IMG/VR virus record: IMGVR_UViG_3300027708_000013
Strand: one strand, 5' to 3'
Source of the DNA: a virus
Taxonomy: Duplodnaviria; Caudoviricetes
DNA length: 64,000 bases
Shown: positions 52,057 to 61,351 of the stretch, piece by piece
How positions within the stretch are numbered: position 1 is the first letter of the stretch
Layout of the letters: each line of letters begins with the position of its first letter
Translations under genes and position numbers: made by a program
The notes under the pieces: model-generated
Seen by the model: the letters and a program-made list of their open reading frames with translations, nothing else
What the model was told of the DNA's origin: nothing
The model's database searches: none

Positions 52057-55000
52057 AGTATCTCGTATCCTGCTCGTTTAAGTTGTTGTAGGTAATTTTC
52101 CATGATGTCAAGTTCGTCATCGTCATCTTCTACCGGTATCAGCTGATCAAATGTGGCTGACCATCCGCGACCTTGTTTGTCACCGATCCAGCAACGACCA
52201 CGTTCTTGGTCACAGTGACTCACTGTGAATATCTCATCTGGGCGATCTGCGTACTCTGGTGTGAGTTTGACCTGCATGCCGTTGCGGAATGATTGCGAGC
52301 CTTCCTTCATTAAAGCACTACCACCATGATGCTTTTCGATATCTTGTTCTTTGCTGCTGATAGAATAATCCATAACACCGACAATCTTATCTACTGCCTG
52401 AGCAATTTCGCTTTGAACCCAGTCTGGCAAATCTTCATTGCTACCAATGGCATTGTCTAAATGGGTTATTACTCTTTTCATGGTGTGTAATTGATTTTTA
52501 ACAAAATCGCCCTCGCCTTGACTATGATTGTCAGCATCAACATTTTTTAATTGTGTATCATTGACATTGCCGTTGTATTCCGTTACACCGTGTATGGGGC
52601 TGATGCTGTCCACTGCCACTGGCATGTTGCTATCCTCAGATGCAACTCCAGTCACTGGCTTCAATGTAGCAGCCAACACTTTGAAAAGTTTGCCGGTCCA
52701 ATCTCGGATGACAACCTTTCCGCCCTCAATGCCCTGCACTGTGCAGGGTCGATTTGAAATACCCTCGTGCCGTACCTGTTTGCCCTTGGCTAACCAGCTT
52801 GGAACTGCTGATTCCGCCACACCTTGTTGGTCCAGACCATCTACGCTTTGCCACGCATGAGCAAATGCTTGATTCAGTGCTTGAGTAATTCCTGGATATT
52901 TTGATTCCCAGTTAAACTCGTCCAAACTTTTTTGATTCATAAGAATATTATAGATACCTTTAGCACCAGTATCCGCCACATCAATGATCCAGTCCGATGC
53001 TTGCCAATTCTTTGATAAGTTTTTAGCAACAAAACGAATTTGTTGAACTGCTTCCTTGGCTTCTTGATCGGCTTGTTCTTTTGAATATCCCAATTGAGAA
53101 ACATTTTCTTTTCGAGTGCGAAGAATATTGTTACGCAGTAAGGTAGCAAAACGCTGGGCCATCTGTTCTACTTTTGTTTGAACTTCTGGAGATAAAGTTC
53201 CTCTGCCTTCCGCCACACCCGGCTCGCCTGTGATGGCCTGTAACATGGCACGGGCAACCACACGATCTTTTTCTTTTTCATCTTCTGGCAATTGAGCATA
53301 GTTCTGTGTTACCAGTCGTTGACGCTGTGCCAATTTGGCTTGTAATTTTTCCGGAGCCATTGTTTTGCTATCATCAAATATCATTGGATTTTGTATAAAT
53401 GCCTGTGCAGTGACATTCCACCCTCTATGGATGGCATCACTGATCTTTTCAATGTCAGTCTCACCCGAGTCAATCATCTTTTTAGCATAAGCAGCTGATT
53501 TCAAGTTGGCCTGCCATCCAAATGTGTTACCTGGTGTGCTACGACCATAATGATAAGCCGCGTCTAGGGCCTCATCACTGATGGTGGCCAACTGTTCTAC
53601 ACTCAATGGTTTTCCAGCGGCTTCGGCCAGGCCACTGTGTACACGGGTCTTCAGTTGTTCCAGCACTTCATAGGCGGCTGTTAGATCCTGTTGTGCTTTG
53701 GCACGACCCTGATCGGTTTTCAGTATTTTTGTTTTTTTGTATAATTCACGGATTTGCGACTGCACTTTTTTGATTTCACCCATGGTGGCTGTTTCTGGAT
53801 GTTGAAACAGATCCTTGAACGCCTGTGCCAATGCGACGCCATAGACTGCTAGTCCGGATCCAATCACAACGCCAATGCCGGAGAGGTGATTGAGATTTTC
53901 GGGTTTCAAAGGACTATAGGGATTCATGGGACTAAAGGGACTCATGGGATTCAAAGGATTGGTGCTCCAAGAGCTTTCATTGGTGGTGCTGTGTGTGGAG
54001 CCTTCTGTCACACCCGGCTTTTTAGTCATGTACCGGTCAGCATCTGCGGCTCTGCACTGTGCTGGATCTAAAGGATCAAACTTTGCATTTCCAATTGTAA
54101 AATTCTTGCCGTATTTCTTATAAAGACTATTTGCAAGATTTTCTCTGGCTCGACTGGCTGTTGACAGAGAGGGAAATACTTTCCAGTAGATGTTATCGCC
54201 ACCTTGAGTTTTCCTCCACCAAACCACTTGCGGAGTATTTTCTATTGGGCCATTACGATCAACATAGCCTTCCGCCACAACTTGGAATTTACTTTGTATC
54301 TCTTGTAATGCTTGAGCCAACAGTTCGGTTGGTGCCCGGCTGAGTAATTGTGATATATCGTTATGGAACTGACGGTATAACTGACCCCAAGTTGGGCAAC
54401 TATACGCCATTGCATGAGCACGATTACTACTGCCTTCTTGATCTAGAGAGCGAACGTATTTCCAAAGTTCACGTCTAATCGTGTCACGATCGGTTGGAGC
54501 AACTAATTCTCTACGTGCATCTCTAGACAACGGAGCAGTTTCCTCCACACCCGACCGTTGTTTAACCTGCTGTCGTTGTTTTAATTTTAATTTAGTCTGT
54601 GGATCTAATGCCCATCCTGGCTTGTGCCCGGTTGGTTGACTTGTTGAAGCTTTGTGATTTTTCTCCCAAGCAGATCGCATTAGATCCCCTTCGGCCACAT
54701 CCTTCTTGTTGATGTCATCAGTGCCGTGTTCAACGCCGCCGCCAAACAGTTCATGCCAAACCATTGTAAGCACTGGTGCATAGGCTCTAGAGCCGGGCAC
54801 AGTGTTTAATATTTGGTATATGGGTGCCAACCTATTCCAATAATCGGTATAGTTTTCGCTGTAGTCCAACACCGAATGCCAACTGTCTTCTCCGTCTGCT
54901 GGATTTCCATCCTCATCTTCGTCATTACCGGCAAAGGCTCTAGGTCCTATGCGTTTCCACAGTTGCATCATCTCCTGGTATGCACCTCCATCACTGCCAT

Positions 55001-56252
55001 AGAAATGTCCACCGGGATATCCATTGGGGAACATGTCGGGAAACATGCCAACAATCTTGTCAGCTGATTGGCTTTTTTCTTGATATTGGGGGAATTGACG
55101 AATTATGTCAGCCCACTGTTTGGCTATGGTTTGAAATTTTCCACTGGATACCAGTTTACTCAACATGGTGTCAAATTTCAAATCACCAGTGACTTCACCT
55201 AAATTATCTTTGCCATGTACACGATTCAATGCACGATCAACACCTTTTTTGCGTTGCGGACCTTTTGGTCCAAAGGTTTTCTCTATCTTGCCATACATGT
55301 CGCGTTGTACGCCACCCAGCTTTTCGGCTTGTTTTTTGGTCACATCCAATAGATATTGCTCGGCTTTTTCTATTGAGGTTTCCGTTACATCTCGCACAGC
55401 AACACCGTAGCGACGCAACAGGTTCCTGCCATCACTCACTCTAAATGCACCTTTTACATAAGGTCCCACTCGCTTGATGGCTTTTTGTTCTATATGGGGT
55501 AGATGCATTTCAGCCTGTTCGGGGGTGTTGTATTCACCGTATATCACTGCTGCACCGTCCCAGGCCCATACATAATATAATCCGGGGTCAACTGGGTACT
55601 CTCTACCTTGAATGGTTTCAATTGCTTCCGCCACACCATCTTCTTTCATTTTATCCAGCTCGTGTTGTGGAATTCCTTTTTTTCTGAGATAAAAGTCTCT
55701 AGCTCGTTTACCAACCTCAGGGGTATAATTGAATAGCACACTGGCTGGGGTCAATGGTGGAGGATGTCCATGGGCTTTGATATATGCTTTACGTTCTGCT
55801 TTTTCTTCTGGACTTCTCGCATCATGACGCCCGCTTTCCTCCACACCTTTGCTCATAGTAGGACCTGTTGTAGGTAGTTCTTCAAACTCAGCGTATGCAT
55901 CAAATACATCCTTATAGCCTTGTTGCTGGGCTAGTTTGTCAAAGTAATTATATGATACTCGGTATTTCTGCATTAGTGGTTTTAATGCATCTGTTGGGTC
56001 AATGTCTGGATAGCCCTGTGTTAGTGCAGAAATAACTTCTGGCCAGCTTGGACCACCGGAGCCTTCCTCCACACCCGAGCCAACGGGACTGGCCACATTG
56101 TCTGAATCCTGTGTGGCCGCCACACCGTTCAAGCCAGCTGAGGTGAATAGATCCGTGTCTTCGGCAAACTCGTGTATGATTTCAATTCGAGATTCGCTAA
56201 CCGTGGGTTTGCTTGGTTTTTTGTTGCTGTCAAATAAGTCGTATATGTTCAT
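52053..56252 (-). CDS. 1399-aa polyprotein-like protein; modules separated by GV(A/E)E
   Basis: At least 11 GVxE-type linkers; contains RyR-like and SH3/KOW-like modules and an LPxWVQ helical module. Confidence 0.85.
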   Translation of the reverse strand: MNIYDLFDSNKKPSKPTVSESRIEIIHEFAEDTDLFTSAGLNGVAATQDSDNVASPVGSGVEEGSGGPSWPEVISALTQGYPDIDPTDALKPLMQKYRVSYNYFDKLAQQQGYKDVFDAYAEFEELPTTGPTMSKGVEESGRHDARSPEEKAERKAYIKAHGHPPPLTPASVLFNYTPEVGKRARDFYLRKKGIPQHELDKMKEDGVAEAIETIQGREYPVDPGLYYVWAWDGAAVIYGEYNTPEQAEMHLPHIEQKAIKRVGPYVKGAFRVSDGRNLLRRYGVAVRDVTETSIEKAEQYLLDVTKKQAEKLGGVQRDMYGKIEKTFGPKGPQRKKGVDRALNRVHGKDNLGEVTGDLKFDTMLSKLVSSGKFQTIAKQWADIIRQFPQYQEKSQSADKIVGMFPDMFPNGYPGGHFYGSDGGAYQEMMQLWKRIGPRAFAGNDEDEDGNPADGEDSWHSVLDYSENYTDYWNRLAPIYQILNTVPGSRAYAPVLTMVWHELFGGGVEHGTDDINKKDVAEGDLMRSAWEKNHKASTSQPTGHKPGWALDPQTKLKLKQRQQVKQRSGVEETAPLSRDARRELVAPTDRDTIRRELWKYVRSLDQEGSSNRAHAMAYSCPTWGQLYRQFHNDISQLLSRAPTELLAQALQEIQSKFQVVAEGYVDRNGPIENTPQVVWWRKTQGGDNIYWKVFPSLSTASRARENLANSLYKKYGKNFTIGNAKFDPLDPAQCRAADADRYMTKKPGVTEGSTHSTTNESSWSTNPLNPMSPFSPMNPYSPLKPENLNHLSGIGVVIGSGLAVYGVALAQAFKDLFQHPETATMGEIKKVQSQIRELYKKTKILKTDQGRAKAQQDLTAAYEVLEQLKTRVHSGLAEAAGKPLSVEQLATISDEALDAAYHYGRSTPGNTFGWQANLKSAAYAKKMIDSGETDIEKISDAIHRGWNVTAQAFIQNPMIFDDSKTMAPEKLQAKLAQRQRLVTQNYAQLPEDEKEKDRVVARAMLQAITGEPGVAEGRGTLSPEVQTKVEQMAQRFATLLRNNILRTRKENVSQLGYSKEQADQEAKEAVQQIRFVAKNLSKNWQASDWIIDVADTGAKGIYNILMNQKSLDEFNWESKYPGITQALNQAFAHAWQSVDGLDQQGVAESAVPSWLAKGKQVRHEGISNRPCTVQGIEGGKVVIRDWTGKLFKVLAATLKPVTGVASEDSNMPVAVDSISPIHGVTEYNGNVNDTQLKNVDADNHSQGEGDFVKNQLHTMKRVITHLDNAIGSNEDLPDWVQSEIAQAVDKIVGVMDYSISSKEQDIEKHHGGSALMKEGSQSFRNGMQVKLTPEYADRPDEIFTVSHCDQERGRCWIGDKQGRGWSATFDQLIPVEDDDDELDIMENYLQQLKRAGYEIL

Positions 56253-56941
56253 CGTGTAGTTCCTGCTGAAGGTGGTGTTGTGGCAGAGGGTGCTGGTGTT
56301 GTGCTAGTTCCAGGCTGTGCGGGTTGACCGGCAGTAGCCGAGGCAGTGCCAGCTGTGGGAGTTTGTCCCATGGACTTTTGAGCCTGTTGTACCTGTTTGT
56401 TTTTTTGTAATTCTGTTTGTTGTGTTTTATCCAACAATGCTTTGAACTGACTGGCAGTTTGTGGATTCTGTAACATGTTGCTGGCAGCCACAGCCAATGG
56501 GCCCAGCTGATTTTGTTCTTGATTGCTGAGGTCAGTGCTGGGAGCCTGATCTAATTTATCCATTACCGCAGTGAACTTGGCAGGATTCATCTGCTGAGCA
56601 GCACCCAGCTGATTTAACTTTGGTTTGATTTGATTCACTGATTTTTGTATCTGTGATTGATCTGTTTTCTGTTGAAGGGCCGCTGGATCGGGTTTTTGTG
56701 CAGTGGAGCCCGGGGCGGTTTGAGCGGCAGCTCCATATCCGCCCACGCCACCGTATTCAGTAACGTAGGAGTAATACTCCTGCATTAGCTCACGGGCAGT
56801 TTGTTTCACCTGCGGACGACTTTTTAATTCAGCTTGTAATTCTCGCAGTACACTTTCAGTGACAAGGGTTGATGGTTGATCCAACGGCGTTGCGGTGTCA
56901 GCAATGGTGTCCATACGATGGATTAATGTACGTAGATTCAT
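56249..56941 (-). CDS. Gln/Ala/Thr/Pro-rich hypothetical protein
   Basis: 230 aa; TGATG and ATGA coupling on both sides. Confidence 0.75.
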   Translation of the reverse strand: MNLRTLIHRMDTIADTATPLDQPSTLVTESVLRELQAELKSRPQVKQTARELMQEYYSYVTEYGGVGGYGAAAQTAPGSTAQKPDPAALQQKTDQSQIQKSVNQIKPKLNQLGAAQQMNPAKFTAVMDKLDQAPSTDLSNQEQNQLGPLAVAASNMLQNPQTASQFKALLDKTQQTELQKNKQVQQAQKSMGQTPTAGTASATAGQPAQPGTSTTPAPSATTPPSAGTTR

Positions 56942-59670
56942 CAGCGTTTGATCATACTTTCTTTTTTCACTGACTTCTTACGAAAAGGACTGCTGGGGTT
57001 CTTGTAAGTACCACCAAACAGTGTACCGGTTCCGGGTCCTGAGCCTGGAGTGATTGCTGTGCTGATTGAACTGGAAAAAGTTTCGGCTATACGATCTAGA
57101 TCTTGATCCAGGGTGGGTAATTCTTTTGTTTTCTTAAGAGCTTGTCCGGTTAAGTTGTGTACTTTGCCTTGAGGATTTTTCTTAGGATTGGTTGGTTTCC
57201 ATGGGCCTTCGTCTCGCCAACTGGTGACATTTCCATCTTTATCTTTTGTTTCAGTTCTGTCTTCCGACACACCCGGCTTCTTGACACCCAGGTTGGCTGC
57301 TGGATTGCCGCCACCAAACATGCTGTCAAAAGCATCTTTAGATTGTTGTTTGGTGTCTGCTGTTCGTTGTTTGGCTACTGCTTTTTTACCAGTGATGCCT
57401 TTAAACATCTTGTCAAACTTTGGGTCGCCGGTGGCTTCCGCTACACCCGACTCTGGTAAATTAGGTTTGCGGTGTTGGCCAAGCTGACCTTTAATAGCGG
57501 CTTTAAGATCGCCTGAACGACGGGCTCTCTGCTGATCAGCAAATTCTTTTGTCTCTGGACTTGCACCGGGAGTATTCATTCCAGGAATATTCCCTAGATC
57601 GGTTTGACCTGGTCTAGGAAATTTATGTGCAGTGTTCATACCTGTGCGAGCCCTCAGTCTGTCTGGACTTGTTCCTAATGCTTCCGCCACACCTTCACCA
57701 AATCTATTTGTTGGGGATACATTGCGTGGATCAGAGAAGTCAGCACTAGGCTCAGGCATACTATATTCATGAACTTCGTGAACCCACTCCTCTGGAATAT
57801 CTAACTTACGAGCAATAGTTGCCGCTGGTACACCCTTTACCAGCAAGTCAATGATCTGTTGATCAATTTTACTTTGTGGGCCATTGCCTTCCGCCACACC
57901 CGACTTGCCAGCAGGAACAACTTCAATTTTACTAAATTTACTGTTTTTCATTCGTGCTTTGAATTTTTCTTCAGCGTCTTGCGGATTCAATGCTTTGATT
58001 GTGGCGCTGGAATAGCTTGTTCCAGACTGACCAAAATAGCCCTTGACATCATACACTTGTCCGGGCTGGGCATTGAAATCTGCCTGCATTTTTTTCAAAT
58101 TCATTACACTCTGCTTGCTGATTCCGCCGGGATTGCCGCGACGAGGTTTTTTAAGAGCGGCCTGATACGGAGTATGTATATCTTTTTGTGTATCAAAACC
58201 TTGTTTATCCAGGTAATGCAATACATCGTCGCTGACCTGGGTGTCGAGATCAAATAGTGCGGCAATACCAGCAGTCATTCCTTTGTGTAAAAAAGTTTCT
58301 CCTACTTCTTTGATCATTTCTCCGTCTTCTGCAGAAGCTTCATCATCCCACAATGTGCTGTACTGTTTGCTGAACTCAACAATAGCTGTACCATACTGTA
58401 GCGGGCCATTGTTACCTTCTCCGCCGGGTGCAAATTCGTTTAGTTTACCATTGGCTGACTTTGCATCTTTTTCTAATACACTTGCTGCATGTTGTAAAAA
58501 ATCAATTAAATCATATGCTGTTACAATCTCATAAGGTGTCATGGCACGGCCAAGATCAATGCTCCAGTCGTCCAACTCGTAACGACCTGAGGTTACAATT
58601 TTTGCATAACGCAAGATCCATTGACGTGCTTTTGCAAGATTTGGACTGGCCAAGTCGCGAGTACGATTTAGTACATCATACAACGTATCAATGTGTTGAC
58701 CTGGATCTGCTACTTCTTGATCAATTGCTGAAATTATATCTTCAAGGCCCAGAGACTGTGTATCCGCTTGTTTTTTACTAGTGATGTTGTTGAGCCAGGT
58801 GTCAAATTTTATATCGCCGGTTGCTTCCGCCACACCTTGCTTGCTACTCATTCTTTTCAACAAACTCACAGCATAAACCAAATGCTGGCCAAGTTCTTTT
58901 CGTTGATCTGTTCCTGGTTTAGCATTGCTATTTTTCTGTATACTCTTTGCTAAATTTTCGGCGGCAAGTGCTTGACGGGCCAAATCACCATTGGACCGAT
59001 TGCCAACGATTTGATTTAAAAATCCACGCTTGCGGTTGGCTTGATTTGCACCATCAATTAGTGCCTTAACAATTTTATCTATCTGTTCAGCTGTTGCTCT
59101 ATCACCCACTGTGACAAACTCATCGTGGCGTGTTTCCCAATCCAAGCCTTCCTCCACACCTTGTTCTTCATTCACAGCCCGGTGTTTCACATCCTTCAAG
59201 TGTGCATCAACACCCGCGGTGTTTTTTAATTTCCATTTGGCAGCGGCCTTTCGAGCAGCTTCATAGGAAGTTTTGGCTGTTACTTCGCACTGACCTTTTT
59301 TTGCGTGTACACAAACATAAGCACGTTCTGCATCACTCTCGCCCAACAATTCAGCAAACTTTTCTTCAGCTTCGGCAATGTTGAACACTGTCATGCCACT
59401 GGCATGGGGTCTTTCGCCGCTCATGACATCGTACTCCAACCATTCGACCACAGTTTTTAAATAGTCATTGGCTAGACTGATCTTTTCAGCGGCCCAAGCA
59501 TCCAGTTCGTGCCCGTCGGGTAATTTGCCCAGTAATTGATGTAGTTTGATTGCGTTGGCAGCCGAGTGATAGCACTCTTCTCTCAGCATGTGGTGTTGTT
59601 GGCTCTTATGCATTTGATGTGCGTCATCGCCAATAAATTCGTGTTCTGTGATAAAATCTTGTGGTTTCAT
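56941..59670 (-). CDS. 909-aa polyprotein-like protein; modules separated by GV(A/E/S)E
   Basis: MKPQDFITE start, six GVxE linkers, duplicated ATGDxKFD modules. Confidence 0.85.
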   Translation of the reverse strand: MKPQDFITEHEFIGDDAHQMHKSQQHHMLREECYHSAANAIKLHQLLGKLPDGHELDAWAAEKISLANDYLKTVVEWLEYDVMSGERPHASGMTVFNIAEAEEKFAELLGESDAERAYVCVHAKKGQCEVTAKTSYEAARKAAAKWKLKNTAGVDAHLKDVKHRAVNEEQGVEEGLDWETRHDEFVTVGDRATAEQIDKIVKALIDGANQANRKRGFLNQIVGNRSNGDLARQALAAENLAKSIQKNSNAKPGTDQRKELGQHLVYAVSLLKRMSSKQGVAEATGDIKFDTWLNNITSKKQADTQSLGLEDIISAIDQEVADPGQHIDTLYDVLNRTRDLASPNLAKARQWILRYAKIVTSGRYELDDWSIDLGRAMTPYEIVTAYDLIDFLQHAASVLEKDAKSANGKLNEFAPGGEGNNGPLQYGTAIVEFSKQYSTLWDDEASAEDGEMIKEVGETFLHKGMTAGIAALFDLDTQVSDDVLHYLDKQGFDTQKDIHTPYQAALKKPRRGNPGGISKQSVMNLKKMQADFNAQPGQVYDVKGYFGQSGTSYSSATIKALNPQDAEEKFKARMKNSKFSKIEVVPAGKSGVAEGNGPQSKIDQQIIDLLVKGVPAATIARKLDIPEEWVHEVHEYSMPEPSADFSDPRNVSPTNRFGEGVAEALGTSPDRLRARTGMNTAHKFPRPGQTDLGNIPGMNTPGASPETKEFADQQRARRSGDLKAAIKGQLGQHRKPNLPESGVAEATGDPKFDKMFKGITGKKAVAKQRTADTKQQSKDAFDSMFGGGNPAANLGVKKPGVSEDRTETKDKDGNVTSWRDEGPWKPTNPKKNPQGKVHNLTGQALKKTKELPTLDQDLDRIAETFSSSISTAITPGSGPGTGTLFGGTYKNPSSPFRKKSVKKESMIKR

Positions 59671-59704
59671 GCGTTAAACTCCAGTATATTATAGTATTTA
59701 GCAG

Positions 59705-59983
59705 CTAGATTGTAAACGATAAATCTTGACTGCTGATGCCGGCACCGTTGACAGTAAAATTTTGTGTGCTTATACAACCTTGTGTAACACATTCCTGTAC
59801 TGTTAACTGATGTGTTCCCGGCTCAAGATCTACTTCAATATTTTCTTGAACATAAACACTGTATGCGGGCCAACGCCAAGTGCGTTCAGTGAGTAGATCA
59901 CTGTCAACATAAACTCTATACACCGGAGCACCCTCAGCAGTAGAGTTGCAATGAACATCTACAGAGAGTGCCAATAAGGTCAT
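59705..59983 (-). CDS. Beta-rich hypothetical protein
   Basis: Start MTLLAL at 59983 overlaps the upstream stop. Confidence 0.65.
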   Translation of the reverse strand: MTLLALSVDVHCNSTAEGAPVYRVYVDSDLLTERTWRWPAYSVYVQENIEVDLEPGTHQLTVQECVTQGCISTQNFTVNGAGISSQDLSFTI

Positions 59984-60828
59984 CGATACGTGCCTTGCCA
60001 AAGTTGCTGAATTTTACTCTTTAACTCGGCAATTTTCTTTTGATAGTGGGGTTTGGCAGCAGAATCAATGTTGCTATCGGCAATCAAGTCCTGATAGTGG
60101 TCAATGTCATCGCGATATTTTTTAATCAAGTACACAGTGGCATCCACAGTGGGATTGCTTTCTGCCACACCTTGTTGTACAGTTTCATCTAACACACTGC
60201 TTAATAATTTCAAAGCACGTTGGGGATTTTTTGGGTATAGTGTTTGTGCAATTTTTGCACGACCTGCAGGCGTGGCCTTTGCCCAAGCAGCACGTATTTC
60301 ACTGGCACTGGTGACTCCACCTGCAAATTCCACAGTGGGCAAATAGGCCATGTAGGCATGTTGAGCCAAGGGTAGAAGATTTTTGATATTAGTAAAAGAC
60401 TGCAAATAGTTGCTTACTGGTTGCCCCTTACGTGGCCCACGAGTAACCAAAGGTAATTTACCTGTTGCAGGATCAACTTTTGCTGGTTGTGGTGCTTGGT
60501 TGCGATCTTTTTCGCTACGCACAAATATCAATGCTGTAGCTGTGGGATCATAGTGATCTACAATTTCCTTTGCAGTAAAAGGACTTTTGACCTGTACAAA
60601 GTGGTCTGCTGGAACACCAGCGATGGTGGCCAATTCTTGTTTAACTGCAAAAGGTATCGGACGTTCGCTAGTATCGTTGGTAGAAGCCACATATACATCA
60701 GCTCCAGGAAATGCCCGCAGTGCGGATGTGTAAAGAGACATGTGTCCAGGAGTCCATGGATGAAATCCCCCCGGCATTATCACAAGAGTTTTTAGAGTCG
60801 TTGCTTCAAATAAATCTGCTATGAACAT
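59980..60828 (-). CDS. HIGH-type nucleotidyltransferase (cytidyltransferase-like) with appended GVAE module
   Basis: PGGFHPWTPGH, SASEIR; starts MFIADLFEA. Confidence 0.8.
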   Translation of the reverse strand: MFIADLFEATTLKTLVIMPGGFHPWTPGHMSLYTSALRAFPGADVYVASTNDTSERPIPFAVKQELATIAGVPADHFVQVKSPFTAKEIVDHYDPTATALIFVRSEKDRNQAPQPAKVDPATGKLPLVTRGPRKGQPVSNYLQSFTNIKNLLPLAQHAYMAYLPTVEFAGGVTSASEIRAAWAKATPAGRAKIAQTLYPKNPQRALKLLSSVLDETVQQGVAESNPTVDATVYLIKKYRDDIDHYQDLIADSNIDSAAKPHYQKKIAELKSKIQQLWQGTYR

Positions 60829-60857
60829 GGCAATATCCGTTTATAGCAGTATTTAGT

Positions 60858-61334
60858 TTAAATGTTTTCTAATAGAAATATGTAAAAAGGATTGGTCCAC
60901 TGGAGCCGCCACTCACCGTTCCAGCCAAGATTCACACAGTTTTTAATTATTTTAGTAATTTCACCACTGTGTTTAACCGGTTGATCAACATGATATTCAC
61001 TTAGGTTATATATTAAATGTCCCAGATCAATCTCGTCAATTTCCACGCTGACAATATTTAACAACATATCGCCAATGATTGTAAAATTGTCAGGATCTGT
61101 ATACTGGTCTTTTTTAACATCATTGGCAGTTTTATTTTCCAATCTTATTTGCAACCGATTGAGTTCCACGTCAGAATCTAAATCAAATTCTACATAAAAA
61201 ACTTCGTCCGTGGCCGCGTCTATTAGTGAGGATTTGACCACAGCCATGTCATTGACCAAAACACTGTATTGGGGCGGCCGATCCCAATACGTGCCGCTGA
61301 GTCCAATTCGAAAGTGTAAGGTTTCTTTTTCCAT
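60858..61334 (-). CDS. Hypothetical protein
   Basis: 158 aa ORF. Confidence 0.7.
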   Translation of the reverse strand: MEKETLHFRIGLSGTYWDRPPQYSVLVNDMAVVKSSLIDAATDEVFYVEFDLDSDVELNRLQIRLENKTANDVKKDQYTDPDNFTIIGDMLLNIVSVEIDEIDLGHLIYNLSEYHVDQPVKHSGEITKIIKNCVNLGWNGEWRLQWTNPFYIFLLENI

Positions 61335-61351
61335 GTTGACCTGTTATGCTG

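Larger units (their letters stand above)
50984..60171 (-). repeat. Dispersed in-frame 12-nt repeat GGTGTGG(C/A)GGAA encoding GV(A/E)E
   Basis: Plus-strand ttccgccacacc at 52812, 53208, 55626, 57682, 57889, 58825; ttcctccacacc at 54540, 55836, 56064, 59149. Variants at 50984, 52578, 53622, 54003, 54270, 54690, 57262, 57436, 60160. Confidence 0.92.

Noticed and set aside
56249-56941. Tape-measure or collagen-like repeat protein
   Set aside because: Low-complexity Q/A/T/P sequence without periodic repeats, and too short.
50984-60171. GVAE repeats as a CRISPR array
   Set aside because: Repeats are only 12 nt, spacers are 150-900 nt and irregular, all lie in frame in long ORFs, and there are no cas genes.
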